Made by a program: the position numbers and the translations under genes | Part shown: one piece after another, positions 40,662 to 50,609 of the stretch | Numbering within the stretch: the stretch's first letter is position 1 | Layout of the letters: every line of letters begins with the position of its first letter | Assembly: GCA_051251915.1 (NCBI GenBank) | Contig: JBPOGF010000013.1 | Location: 32,001 to 96,000, forward strand | Length of the DNA stretch: 64,000 nt | Origin: Akkermansiaceae bacterium | GTDB lineage: Bacteria; Verrucomicrobiota; Verrucomicrobiia; Verrucomicrobiales; Akkermansiaceae | Direction of reading: 5' to 3' | Notes under the pieces: generated by a model | What the model was told of the DNA's origin: nothing | Databases searched by the model: none | Seen by the model: only the letters and a program-made list of their open reading frames with translations

Positions 40662-41876
40662 TTAAAATTTATAGCTGGCTGATAAATTGATCGCTTGATT
40701 CAGCACATGATAGTTGCCATCCGCAGTTTGCCCCACAAGAGAGACTCCAGTATTGCCTGAAACATCTCTCCCTGAATTATAGGCCATATGATAACCTAGA
40801 GCCCAGCTTATGGTATCTGTTTTATGCCCCACTCCCACACTAAACAGATGGAGGTTTGCATCAGGGTTCAACGGAGAGAATGTAGAGTCAGGAGCTGAGT
40901 TTTCACTGTAAATATAGCCGGCACTCACATAGTAACCATTGCATAAATAACGTGTAACTCCAAATTCATACATAAAACTAGACTCATAGTTAAATGGAAA
41001 ATCTACATCTCCTAGTGCGGTACCTGATAGCGTAGTTACATTCACGGCATCCCAGTCTGTCCAATCAATATTAAACTCAAAATTCCAATCTTTATTAGGT
41101 CTGTATGATACGCCTAAGTCAATATTCTGCGGAAAAACTAGTGATGCAGATGTATCCAACCAAGATGTGTCTGGACTAAACTCAGCCATCGCTCTGGAAC
41201 GCCCATCGTAATTCATCTGAGTTTCTAATTTATAACTAAGACCAAATGACCACTTAACATGAGGCTGCCATAACATTCCAAAATTCAAGCCAGCATCTAA
41301 GTCATTCCCCTCAAAACTGAAACGATCAGTAACACTGGTAAGTGCCCTATCAAAATCAATATTAGAATAGTTAAGAGTCACACTTCCTCCAATAGATAAG
41401 GAATCAGAAAGCTTATAAGCTACTGTGGGCGCCACACTAACGTAAGCGAGCGATCCTTTTTGCGCTAGAGTATTAAACGGATTATCATCACCGTAATCAA
41501 TGCCTAAGCCATAGGGAGCGTAAACTCCTAAACCATAGGACCATGGTGAGTCTTCTGGTGAATAAACAAAGTGTAACTGAGGCACAACTTGCACGTTACT
41601 CTTAGTTTCAGCTTTCCCAAAAGCTCCAGTGTAATCAATATCTGTACTAATATTATAAAACCCTAAACTCAACTGTCTCCCCTCCAGCTGCGTGATCCCT
41701 GCCGGATTATGGTAAATAGCCGAAGGGTTATCAGCTGTTGCTACAAAAGCATTTCCTCGCGCTATGCCATCAGGATCCTGGTTAGGGAGCCTAAAGCCAA
41801 CAGCATGGGTTAAGCTAGACAAAGCAATAGAACACGACGATAGAATTAAATAATTTTTCATGATAATTTTGCTCAT
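40662..41876 (-). CDS. fadL: FadL/OmpP1/TodX family outer-membrane channel for hydrophobic compounds
   Basis: Signal peptide; GFRL...ARGNAFVATADNPSAIYHNPAG hatch motif; beta-barrel with terminal YKF. Confidence 0.9.
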   Translation of the reverse strand: MSKIIMKNYLILSSCSIALSSLTHAVGFRLPNQDPDGIARGNAFVATADNPSAIYHNPAGITQLEGRQLSLGFYNISTDIDYTGAFGKAETKSNVQVVPQLHFVYSPEDSPWSYGLGVYAPYGLGIDYGDDNPFNTLAQKGSLAYVSVAPTVAYKLSDSLSIGGSVTLNYSNIDFDRALTSVTDRFSFEGNDLDAGLNFGMLWQPHVKWSFGLSYKLETQMNYDGRSRAMAEFSPDTSWLDTSASLVFPQNIDLGVSYRPNKDWNFEFNIDWTDWDAVNVTTLSGTALGDVDFPFNYESSFMYEFGVTRYLCNGYYVSAGYIYSENSAPDSTFSPLNPDANLHLFSVGVGHKTDTISWALGYHMAYNSGRDVSGNTGVSLVGQTADGNYHVLNQAINLSASYKF

Positions 41877-41929
41877 AGAGCTATTAATAAATATTAAATA
41901 TACAGTAACCTTTAATAGCAGAAGGAATA

Positions 41930-42961
41930 TTATTTGGAAATGTTAAATTTAATTCTTTTCACCCAATCTGAGATCCAGGTTCTAGCTACTTCAGAGTCTA
42001 AACTTAGCAAAGGGTGTAACTGCATGGTTAAACTAAGCTTATTTTGAAACGTAATACAGCCAACTGCGATGCGCTGGCATTCAATAACAGGCGGCGTAAA
42101 ATACCAAGTATCCAACGAATCCAACTTTTTACCACTATCCCAAACACCCAAATTCGAAAAACATCCCATATTCCACTGAGACATAGCTTTGTCTTCTATC
42201 AGCAGTTTTCTTTTCACTTTTTCGCTCATCCATTTACCAGCCACATATCCCTTCCAGTTTTGCCAATGTTGTTTTTTCTTAATCGCTGAATATATTGTCT
42301 TATGAGTATCATCAAAAGAATTCACAGAATTAAGCTTAATATTGATACACGATGAATGATTCATCGTTTCTCTTTGCATCTCAACCGCCCCCCTCATGTT
42401 GATTGGCAACATCCAGGTAGTTACACTTTCTCTATCCTTCAACGACTCTCTCATCGTTTGGTCCAAAGTATGGATGAGCAATGTATTCACAGTGACTCCA
42501 AGTAACTTACTTTTTTTAATAATATCACTAGTCTCACTTTCAGTAAATGCATGCCATGCCACAGCTTCCGGCGCGCTATCTATAGCTAATGACTTCCCAG
42601 GGATTGGCCTGCTATTCTGTAAAGGTGGAAGGAAATCTAATCTTTTGCGCTTGGCAAAAATCAATTCAGGAATCCCTCTAAGAAAAGGCCACCAAGAGTC
42701 CTTGTTACTGTGACCAGTGGTAGGAATATCAGAAGAATCATAGTTAATACCCATCTCTCTGAGTACATCAATCAACCCCCCAATGCCGTCAAAACATTGA
42801 TGATCACGATAGATCCACTTAGGTTCTTGTTGATGACCTGAGTGACCCGTGTTAGCGCTCCCAAAACGGATCTTCGTAAACTCCCCCATACCCTCTAGAA
42901 CCTCAAACCAAGGCCGTATGGGATCTTCTGCATAAACTATATTTCTACCTCGTTTTGACAT
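41930..42961 (-). CDS. CoA-dependent acyltransferase (condensation/CAT-like fold)
   Basis: HQCFDG (HxxxDG) motif, GVTVNTLL, PINMRG and SNLG, typical of PapA5/alcohol-acyltransferase-like proteins. Confidence 0.7.
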   Translation of the reverse strand: MSKRGRNIVYAEDPIRPWFEVLEGMGEFTKIRFGSANTGHSGHQQEPKWIYRDHQCFDGIGGLIDVLREMGINYDSSDIPTTGHSNKDSWWPFLRGIPELIFAKRKRLDFLPPLQNSRPIPGKSLAIDSAPEAVAWHAFTESETSDIIKKSKLLGVTVNTLLIHTLDQTMRESLKDRESVTTWMLPINMRGAVEMQRETMNHSSCINIKLNSVNSFDDTHKTIYSAIKKKQHWQNWKGYVAGKWMSEKVKRKLLIEDKAMSQWNMGCFSNLGVWDSGKKLDSLDTWYFTPPVIECQRIAVGCITFQNKLSLTMQLHPLLSLDSEVARTWISDWVKRIKFNISK

Positions 42962-43132
42962 TGATTAGAGTCGTTGATTTTCAGAAACCAAACTGGTTCT
43001 AACGGTTAATGATTTACCTACAAGAATATTCTCTCAGAACTTCGACCTATCACCATCTGTGAGTGAGAATCTAATATCCAAGTAATCAATTAACTCCATC
43101 TAAGGCAAATTCATGATTCTACATGATTTCAT

Positions 43133-43426
43133 TTAAAACCTCCCCACCATCGCAAGCACAAAAAACACCACAGCATAAACCATAGCAGGCACCCCAAAAC
43201 ACTCTTCGCCAAAATCCCTCCACTTCCCCCACATAAAAACTTGCGGCAACACCACAAGAATAGCCAAAACAATAGCCCCTATCATGCAACAAAGCCGATA
43301 ATCTCGATTCGAACCGACCACCCCACCCAACAAATCCCCAATCAACCACCCAATAGCCACCACCAAAACAACACAAACAATGTTCCACAGTAGCTTCATA
43401 AATAATCCATCATCAATCAGCCTCAC
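43133..43426 (-). CDS. Small hypothetical membrane protein
   Basis: Three hydrophobic segments immediately downstream of suhB. Probable start at MKLLWN. Confidence 0.5.
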   Translation of the reverse strand: MRLIDDGLFMKLLWNIVCVVLVVAIGWLIGDLLGGVVGSNRDYRLCCMIGAIVLAILVVLPQVFMWGKWRDFGEECFGVPAMVYAVVFFVLAMVGRF

Positions 43427-43428
43427 TA

Positions 43429-44220
43429 CTACAAATACCCTTCTCTAACCCTCTCCAACAACGCCCCATGCACTACCGGTTGCCCCGCTACCATCAACGT
43501 ATCAGTAAACATATTAAAATCCTCCCCATTCTCATTACTCACAATTATCCCATTCTCCCTCAACATCACCAAGCCCGCAGCCACATCATAAGGCTGCAAA
43601 TCCGTCTCCCAGAAGCCCTGCACCCATCCCAAACTCAACTGAGCTACATCCAACGCAGCACTCCCAGACCTTCTAATACCACGCCCAAGCGTCAGTATCT
43701 TCGCCGCCGCCTTAAAGAATCCCTCAGCCCGCTCCGGTGACCGATACGGAAACCCAGTCATAAAAATAGCCTCACCCGGCTCACTAATCATCCTAGGCTT
43801 CATCAACTCCCCATTATATCTCACGCCTTCACCCTGCTCCCCCTCATACAGCTCCTTACTAAACGGCTTATAAACCACCCCAAAAACCGGCACACCGTTC
43901 TCCACCAAAGCCACCGAAACAGAAAACTGATCCAATCCGCTCAAAAAATTCGTCGTCCCATCCAGCGGATCCACAATCCACACCAAATCCTGCGCCCCAG
44001 ACCTCCCGCTCTCCTCCCCATAGAACCCCGCACCCTCAACCAAAGGCATCAACCCCTCCTGCAACATCTTCTCAGACTCCACATCCACAAAAGAAACCGT
44101 CTCCCTAAGTGACTTCACCTCCGTAGCCCCACTATCCATCCTCCTAAAATACCCCATCTGAAACTCCCCAACTTTCCTCACCAAGTCTCTAACAACGTCC
44201 CTATCAATATCAAATTCCAT
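43429..44220 (-). CDS. suhB: Inositol monophosphatase family protein
   Basis: GEE, WIVDPLDGTTNF, RRSGSAALD and YDVAAG motifs. Confidence 0.9.
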   Translation of the reverse strand: MEFDIDRDVVRDLVRKVGEFQMGYFRRMDSGATEVKSLRETVSFVDVESEKMLQEGLMPLVEGAGFYGEESGRSGAQDLVWIVDPLDGTTNFLSGLDQFSVSVALVENGVPVFGVVYKPFSKELYEGEQGEGVRYNGELMKPRMISEPGEAIFMTGFPYRSPERAEGFFKAAAKILTLGRGIRRSGSAALDVAQLSLGWVQGFWETDLQPYDVAAGLVMLRENGIIVSNENGEDFNMFTDTLMVAGQPVVHGALLERVREGYL

Positions 44221-44297
44221 ACCTCAAACACTACCAAAAAACTTACCCCTAGCAAGCCCAACAACTCCCCCCAAAACAATCACGCACAAAAGACAAT

Positions 44298-44333
44298 CAA
44301 GTTCAGAGAAATTCAGCGTTCTTTCTGGTTCAA
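44298..44333 (+). repeat. Dispersed intergenic REP-like element, diverged copy
   Basis: caagttcagagaaattcagcgttctttctggttcaa resembles the elements at 61931-61990 and 63182-63240. Confidence 0.55.
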
Positions 44334-44420
44334 AAAGCACACTCCACCAAAGCTTCATCATACACAAATTCGTGGTTAGCGCCGCTGGCAAATGTCCACC
44401 ACCAATAACCTACCAAGACT

Positions 44421-45953
44421 CTACAGCTTCCTCAACTCATAAACATCCTTCCGCCTATCCTTCAAATTCCGCACACTCCCAAACTGATTCAACTCCCTCA
44501 GCAGATCAATATCCACATCCGCAATCAAAATCATCTCCGTATTAGGTGTAGCCTCCGCCTTAATCCCAGTTGCAGGAAATGCAAAATCACAAGGCGTAAA
44601 CACCATCGACTGCGCATATTGAATATCCATATTATGCACCTTCGGTAAATTCCCCACACTCCCAGCAATCGCCACATAGCACTCATTCTCAATCGCCCTA
44701 GCCTGCGCACAAAGTCTCACCCTAGAATAACCATTCTGAGTATCTGTTAGAAACGGAACAAACAAAATATCCATCCCATCATCAGCCAGCAATCGGCTCA
44801 ACTCCGGAAACTCCACATCATAACAAACCAAAATCCCAATCTTCCCACAATCAGTATCAAACGCCTTAACCTGTGTTCCTCCCCCCATCCCCCACACCTT
44901 CGCTTCATCAGGCGTCACATGTATCTTCTCAAACCTCTCCTTCGTTCCATCCCGCTTACAAAGATACCCCACATTATACAATCTATCGCCCACCATCTCT
45001 GGCATAGAACCAGAAATAATATTGATGTTATAGCTAATCGCCAACTCAGAAAACTTCGCCACAATATCCTCCGTATGCTTCGCCAACTCACGTATAGCAT
45101 CCGGCTCAGACAAATGGTTATTCTGCGCCATCAACGGAGCATTAAAGAACTCCGGAAACAAAGCAAAATCTGACCGATATCCAGACACCGCATCCACAAA
45201 ATACTCCACCTGCTCTAACAACTCATCCAAATTATTATAAGGTCGCATCTGCCACTGAATCAACCCCAGTCGCACCACCTTCTTCACACTCTCCGCCTTC
45301 TTACTCTTCTTCTCATAGTAAATATTATCCCACTCTAACAGAACCGCATAATCTTCAGACTCCTCATCCCCATCCAAGTAATTCTTCAAAATCTTAGACG
45401 GATGAAAATCATTTGAGATCTGGAAATTCAACACCGGATCATGGATCTCCTTCCGCCTCACCTTTGCAATATAATCCTTAGGTGAAAGCTCATCAGAATA
45501 CTTATGATAATTCGGAATCCTCCCCCCAAACACCACCGCCTTCAGATTCAACTCCTCACACAGCTCCTTCCTATAATCATACAACCTCCGCCCCAGCCGC
45601 AACCCCCTAAACTCCTTCTTAATAAACACATCTATCCCATACAGTACATCCCCATCCCCACTATGCGTATCAAACGTATAATTCCCAGTCACCTCCTTAT
45701 AAGTATGCCTATCGTCAAATGAATCATAATCCACAATGATCGACAGCGCACACCCAGCAATCTGCTCATTCACCTTGATCACCACCTGCCCCTCAGAAAA
45801 CCTAGTGATCAACGCCTCTATCTGCTCCTCCTCCCAATAAGGATCTTCCACATTAGAATATGCCTCTATCATCGCAGCTTTCAGCTCCTGATAATCATCC
45901 ATCGAAAGATAGCTCAGCTCCACATTCTCAATATTTTCCTTTTCCTTCATCAT
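44421..45953 (-). CDS. Bifunctional GNAT acetyltransferase / carbon-nitrogen hydrolase
   Basis: N-terminal GNAT (FRGLRLGRRLY); C-terminal nitrilase triad FPEF, EKIH, VCYDVEFPE. Confidence 0.92.
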   Translation of the reverse strand: MMKEKENIENVELSYLSMDDYQELKAAMIEAYSNVEDPYWEEEQIEALITRFSEGQVVIKVNEQIAGCALSIIVDYDSFDDRHTYKEVTGNYTFDTHSGDGDVLYGIDVFIKKEFRGLRLGRRLYDYRKELCEELNLKAVVFGGRIPNYHKYSDELSPKDYIAKVRRKEIHDPVLNFQISNDFHPSKILKNYLDGDEESEDYAVLLEWDNIYYEKKSKKAESVKKVVRLGLIQWQMRPYNNLDELLEQVEYFVDAVSGYRSDFALFPEFFNAPLMAQNNHLSEPDAIRELAKHTEDIVAKFSELAISYNINIISGSMPEMVGDRLYNVGYLCKRDGTKERFEKIHVTPDEAKVWGMGGGTQVKAFDTDCGKIGILVCYDVEFPELSRLLADDGMDILFVPFLTDTQNGYSRVRLCAQARAIENECYVAIAGSVGNLPKVHNMDIQYAQSMVFTPCDFAFPATGIKAEATPNTEMILIADVDIDLLRELNQFGSVRNLKDRRKDVYELRKL

Positions 45954-46297
45954 CGTTTATAAATTGCGTTGTTCATCGGAGCTACCTCCTGCCCGAAATC
46001 CCTTCTTCCAGAGAGGCCTACGGTCACATCAATAATCGCAGAAATCCAAATACACAAGCCCTCGATTCAACCAACCCAAACTTTTCTCTCCTCACCATAA
46101 AAATTCACCTACACCACCACTCCTCTAGGCCCTACAACCATCTCCCCGACCGTCATCTCAAACCACCAAAAACATAAAACCTACACAATTAAAACCTCCT
46201 CCCCATTACAGCAAACTTCATCGCTAACTTAATCACTCTAATTAGCAATCCACATCTTTCCAATTGACCCAAAATTCAGCAACTGTAAGCTATTTTC

Positions 46298-47293
46298 ATG
46301 AACACATCCAAAGGAATATTAGTAACAGTCATCTATCTCATGACGTTTTGCATACTATCTCCATCCTTACTTGCCGAATATAGAATATGGACCAATAAAG
46401 AAGGCAAAACTCTCAGCGCCGAATTAGTCACACTCTCTGATACAGAAGTCACACTCAAACTCAAAAAGAACAGAAAGCAAACGACCATCGCTATTGATAC
46501 ACTCAGTGCCGCAGATCAAGACTTTCTAATCGCCTTGAAGCTAGAAAACAAAACGAAAGCCCAAAATCTAAAAGATCAAGCATTCATCATCGCAGGAAAT
46601 AAGATTAAACCTGGACAGGTAACCAATTTCAAAATCCCAGTAGTAACTAGTAAGGGAAAAAATACATCTTATCCTGCTGGTTTGTTAGTCCCAAAAGACT
46701 TTGATCCCATCAACAAAGACTACAACCTTGTGTTCGTCTTTGTTGCTGGTGAAGGTAACCCAATCGCAGCAATCAAAGGGAATTCTAGTTTACTCCAAGT
46801 AGAAAATACCATCATTGCTGCAGTCCACCACATGAGCTTACAAACCACCTTACCATTCATAGACTTCTACAGAATCCTTACTGAGAAATGGCCCCGTATG
46901 ACCGAAAACAAATGGAGACAAATGCACTTCGGTTTCTCCGGTGGAGCTAAAAACGGCTGCTGGGCAACTGGCGTTTTTATTAACGAAGGCGCCAATGTAG
47001 TAGGCTCATTCATGGGTGGTTGCAACGAAGACCTATCAGAAAGAGCCAGAGGATTTATCAAGAAAAGCTCTGACAGAAAAAAAGTCGACAAAATCGCTTT
47101 TTTCCTCAGCTCCGGCGCCAAAGATAAAATCGCCAATCCACAACAACACCAAAAAGTAATGGATTCCCTCAAAAATAATGGTGCCAAGAACGTCAAACTA
47201 GAATCCCACCCAGGAGCCCACTTCAACTGCAAACCCCACCAAGTCCCCGCACTAAAATGGATGATCGAAATTGCAGATGCACAAGAAAAATAA
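46298..47293 (+). CDS. Secreted SHD1-domain protein with alpha/beta-hydrolase-like domain
   Basis: Signal peptide; YRIWTNKEGKTLSAE...LSAADQDFL (SHD1-like); GFSGGA elbow, GAKD and GAH. Confidence 0.7.
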   Translation: MNTSKGILVTVIYLMTFCILSPSLLAEYRIWTNKEGKTLSAELVTLSDTEVTLKLKKNRKQTTIAIDTLSAADQDFLIALKLENKTKAQNLKDQAFIIAGNKIKPGQVTNFKIPVVTSKGKNTSYPAGLLVPKDFDPINKDYNLVFVFVAGEGNPIAAIKGNSSLLQVENTIIAAVHHMSLQTTLPFIDFYRILTEKWPRMTENKWRQMHFGFSGGAKNGCWATGVFINEGANVVGSFMGGCNEDLSERARGFIKKSSDRKKVDKIAFFLSSGAKDKIANPQQHQKVMDSLKNNGAKNVKLESHPGAHFNCKPHQVPALKWMIEIADAQEK

Positions 47294-47412
47294 CCCCCTA
47301 AAACCTCCCCCACACAGCACCCTGCCTTTCCCCTTTTTCCTTTCCTTTTTTTCCTTAAGCAAAGCTCCATTAAATACTTGCATCTCCACATTTCCCTACT
47401 AGCCTCTCGCCC

Positions 47413-48528
47413 ATGCTCCAGGCAGGAATAGTAGGATTACCAAACGTAGGGAAATCAACCCTTTTTAACGCAGTCACTCGCACCCGTAAAGCGGAGGCGG
47501 CTAACTACCCATTTTGCACCATCGACCCGAACATTGGCGTAGTCAGTGTCCCAGACGAACGACTCGCCGTGCTCAGCGAACTCTCAGGTTCTAAAAAGCT
47601 GATCCCCACAGCCATCGAATTCGTAGACATCGCAGGACTCGTAGAAGGTGCCTCTGAAGGCGCAGGTCTAGGAAATAAATTCCTCGCCACCATCCGCGAA
47701 GTAGATGCCATCGTCCAAGTCATTCGTTGTTTCGAAAATGACGACATCATCCACGAACTCGGCAGCGTAGACCCACTCCGCGACATCGAGATCATCAACG
47801 CCGAGCTCATCCTCGCAGACATCTCAGCCATGGACAAACGTCTCCAGTCTCGCTCAAAAAAAGCAAAAAGTGGAGACAAAGAATCTAAAGCTGAAGTAGC
47901 CCTCATCGAGAGACTCCTACCGCACCTAAACGAAGGAAACCCAGCCCTCACCCTAGAAATGTCTGACGAAGAGCGCATTCTCCTCAAAGACTTCTTCCTC
48001 CTCTCATCAAAAAAATCTATCTTCGCCTGCAACGTCTCAGAAGACGAACTCGCTGACGCACTCACAGACCCAGACAGCCATAACATGGTCGCTAAGGTCC
48101 GTAAATACGCATCAGAAACTCAAGGCGCAGAAGCCGTCGTCCTCTCAGCCCAGATCGAAGAAGAACTCTCAGAGCTATCCCAAGAAGAAGCCAAAGAATT
48201 CCTCACAGACATGGGAATCGCAGACTCCGGCGCATCAGAACTCATCAAAGGCGTCTACCACCTACTCGGCCTCCGCACCTACCTCACCACAGGCGTGCAG
48301 GAAACCCGCGCTTGGACCATCGTAGCTGGAGATAAAGCACCAGCAGCAGCCGGCGTCATCCACACAGATTTTGAGAAACAATTCATCCGCGCAGAAGTCA
48401 TCCACTACGATGACTACGTCAAACACAAAACAGTAGGAGCCGCACGTGAAGCCGGAGTCCTCCGCGCAGAAGGAAAAGAATACGTCGTCAAAGACGGCGA
48501 CGTTATCAACTTCCTCACTGGCGCATAA
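47413..48528 (+). CDS. ychF: Redox-regulated ATPase YchF
   Basis: GIVGLPNVGKSTLFNA, ANYPFCTIDPN, DIAGLV, TGS domain with GKEYVVKDGD. Confidence 0.97.
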   Translation: MLQAGIVGLPNVGKSTLFNAVTRTRKAEAANYPFCTIDPNIGVVSVPDERLAVLSELSGSKKLIPTAIEFVDIAGLVEGASEGAGLGNKFLATIREVDAIVQVIRCFENDDIIHELGSVDPLRDIEIINAELILADISAMDKRLQSRSKKAKSGDKESKAEVALIERLLPHLNEGNPALTLEMSDEERILLKDFFLLSSKKSIFACNVSEDELADALTDPDSHNMVAKVRKYASETQGAEAVVLSAQIEEELSELSQEEAKEFLTDMGIADSGASELIKGVYHLLGLRTYLTTGVQETRAWTIVAGDKAPAAAGVIHTDFEKQFIRAEVIHYDDYVKHKTVGAAREAGVLRAEGKEYVVKDGDVINFLTGA

Positions 48529-48546
48529 ACCATACCACACAAACCC

Positions 48547-49398
48547 ATGGCAGGATTCTTCAAAAAGTTAATCAACAAGATCACCAACAAAGCGGAGATC
48601 GACTGGGACGAACTAGAAGCAGATCTCATCTCCGCAGACCTCGGAGCCAGACTCTCGATGACCATCATCGATGAACTCCAAGCCATGGGTCGTAAAATCA
48701 GCGCAGAAGATGTTGTAAACACCACTAAAAAACACATCGCCAGCATCCTCCCAGAAGACACCGCCCCCATCAAACCACGCACCGATGGCCTCCCACACGT
48801 CATCGTCATGGTAGGCGTAAATGGCACCGGAAAAACAACTTCCACCGCCAAGCTCGCACATCACCTAAAATCTCAAGGCTACAGCGTCATGGTCGCCGCC
48901 GCAGACACCTTCCGTGCAGCCGCCGTAGAACAGCTCGAAGTCTGGGCCCAGCGTATCGACATTCCAATCATGACTGGAGCTCCAAATGCCGACCCATCAT
49001 CCGTCTGCTACACAGCCCATCAAAAGTGTATTTCTTTAGGTATAGACTTCCTCATTTGTGACACAGCCGGAAGACTCCACACCCGTCACAACCTCATGGA
49101 AGAACTCGCTAAAATAGAGCGCACCATCGGCAAACAAGACGAAACAGCCCCACACACCAAGCTCATCGTCGTAGACGCCACCACCGGCTCAAACGCCCTC
49201 CAACAAGCCAAAGAATTTAACAAAGCCATCGAACTAGATGGCCTAGTCGTCACCAAACTAGACGGTTCAGGAAAAGGCGGCATCATCGTCTCCATCTATC
49301 AAGAGCTAAACATCCCCGCCCGTTTCATCGGCCTTGGAGAAGAACCAGAACAGTTCAACATCTTCAACAAAGAACAGTTCACCCAGGAAATCATGTAA
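48547..49398 (+). CDS. ftsY: Signal recognition particle receptor FtsY (short form)
   Basis: GVNGTGKTT, DTFRAAA, DTAGR, TKLDGSGKGG. Confidence 0.96.
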   Translation: MAGFFKKLINKITNKAEIDWDELEADLISADLGARLSMTIIDELQAMGRKISAEDVVNTTKKHIASILPEDTAPIKPRTDGLPHVIVMVGVNGTGKTTSTAKLAHHLKSQGYSVMVAAADTFRAAAVEQLEVWAQRIDIPIMTGAPNADPSSVCYTAHQKCISLGIDFLICDTAGRLHTRHNLMEELAKIERTIGKQDETAPHTKLIVVDATTGSNALQQAKEFNKAIELDGLVVTKLDGSGKGGIIVSIYQELNIPARFIGLGEEPEQFNIFNKEQFTQEIM

Positions 49399-49589
49399 GG
49401 AATACCAGCCTAGTCCAAGCCACTCCTAGCAATTCCATTTGACTGACCCCAGCTCAAGAGAAATATGTTTCGGTATATAACCGTCATAGTTCTAATAGTT
49501 CAAACGCTATACAGCAACTCCCTCATCTCCCCTCCACCTAACACGGCACAGCATTATTCATAATGGCTATTCAACCCGTGCTACCCTGC

Positions 49590-49631
49590 AAAAAAATAAC
49601 CTAAGATCAGCAGAAGCCAATCTTAGGTTAT
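49590..49631 (-). terminator. Intrinsic terminator of the porin gene
   Basis: Plus-strand ATAACCTAAGAT...ATCTTAGGTTAT hairpin preceded by an A-tract. Confidence 0.75.
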
Positions 49632-49660
49632 CAATTAATAAGTAGTTAAACTCAGAAATA

Positions 49661-50401
49661 TTAGAAGCTGAAGCCAATAGAAGCACCCGCTACGAACTCG
49701 TCGTCACGTACTGTTCCATTTGAATCAACGTCTTCGATAGCGTATGAGTATGACACGTATGGTGTAAGAGAAACTGCACTATTAAGTTCGATTGACTTAG
49801 AAATAGTAGCTTGTGCGTGTGTGAACTCGCTGTCCTCTGGGTTGATGCCGATAGCTAGAGCTGCGTCTAGTTCACCAAGTGCTCCAATAGCAAATGATCT
49901 TTCAACACCAAGCTCAAGGTAGCTCACGTCAAACTGATCAAAGTCATAGTAGTAAGTAGCGCTAAGTCCGAAACCTGCAACTTCTTTGCTAAGACCAAGG
50001 TACACTTCCTGTGTGTTTGTTGATGTAGCTCTGTCGAAGTAGTAGAGGATATAACCAACATCAAGAGTAGCAAAACCTAGGTCTTTGCTAGCGTTGAGGT
50101 ATACATCTGTCTCAAGATCTGTATTCTGTCCTGGGTTAATAACATTAGCTGTCCAGATTCCCGCTGTTAGATCAAAGCAACCTAATGTAGTAGTAGCTTC
50201 AAGGCTAGCATCTACCATGTCGTCTCCGAAGTTGATACCACGGAACAAATATGTGCTGTGATAACCAGCACCAAAGCTGAACATTTCGTTAGCTGGTGCT
50301 ACTGTTTCGATAGGTGCTGAGAAATCACCTGCAAGTGCTGGTGATGCGATCGAGGCTGATAAAAGGCCTCCGAGTATTGTTGTACGTATTTTGTTGTTCA
50401 T
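49661..50401 (-). CDS. Putative outer-membrane porin (TIGR02001/Gcw_chp/TorF-like)
   Basis: Signal peptide; STYLFRG and ETD.Y motifs; terminal FSF. Start MNNKIR at 50401, because the upstream ORF-track start lies inside the sigma-54 motif. Confidence 0.78.
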   Translation of the reverse strand: MNNKIRTTILGGLLSASIASPALAGDFSAPIETVAPANEMFSFGAGYHSTYLFRGINFGDDMVDASLEATTTLGCFDLTAGIWTANVINPGQNTDLETDVYLNASKDLGFATLDVGYILYYFDRATSTNTQEVYLGLSKEVAGFGLSATYYYDFDQFDVSYLELGVERSFAIGALGELDAALAIGINPEDSEFTHAQATISKSIELNSAVSLTPYVSYSYAIEDVDSNGTVRDDEFVAGASIGFSF

Positions 50402-50414
50402 CGAGAGCAAAAAC

Positions 50415-50431
50415 AGCATATTTCATGCCAA
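50415..50431 (-). promoter_or_regulatory. Sigma-54 (-24/-12) promoter for the porin gene
   Basis: Minus strand TTGGCATGAAATATGCT = GG-N10-GC. Confidence 0.75.
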
Positions 50432-50566
50432 CTGTCAACATTTAACTTCCCGTGATCTCCACCTATCTAAAGTGTTCCACCACGCTTTTGCCTGTATATT
50501 AGTACACAGCTTGAGAAATAATCTATTTCATCTGAATTATTCATTATTTCACCACGTTTTGAAAAC

Positions 50567-50583
50567 TTGGCACACCAATTGCT
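50567..50583 (+). promoter_or_regulatory. Sigma-54 (-24/-12) promoter for amtB
   Basis: TTGGCACACCAATTGCT is near-consensus TGGCAC-N5-TTGC. Confidence 0.85.
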
Positions 50584-50609
50584 GAAGAGGTAATGAATTA
50601 TCAAACTAC

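Noticed and set aside
43119..43388. Alternative 89-aa frame downstream of suhB
   Set aside because: Overlaps the 43133-43426 frame, which has a more credible TM pattern and couples to the suhB stop.
49465..49542. 25-codon ORF MFRYITVIVLIVQTLYSNSLISPPP between ftsY and the porin terminator
   Set aside because: Too short with no supporting motif; could be a gene remnant but is not supportable.
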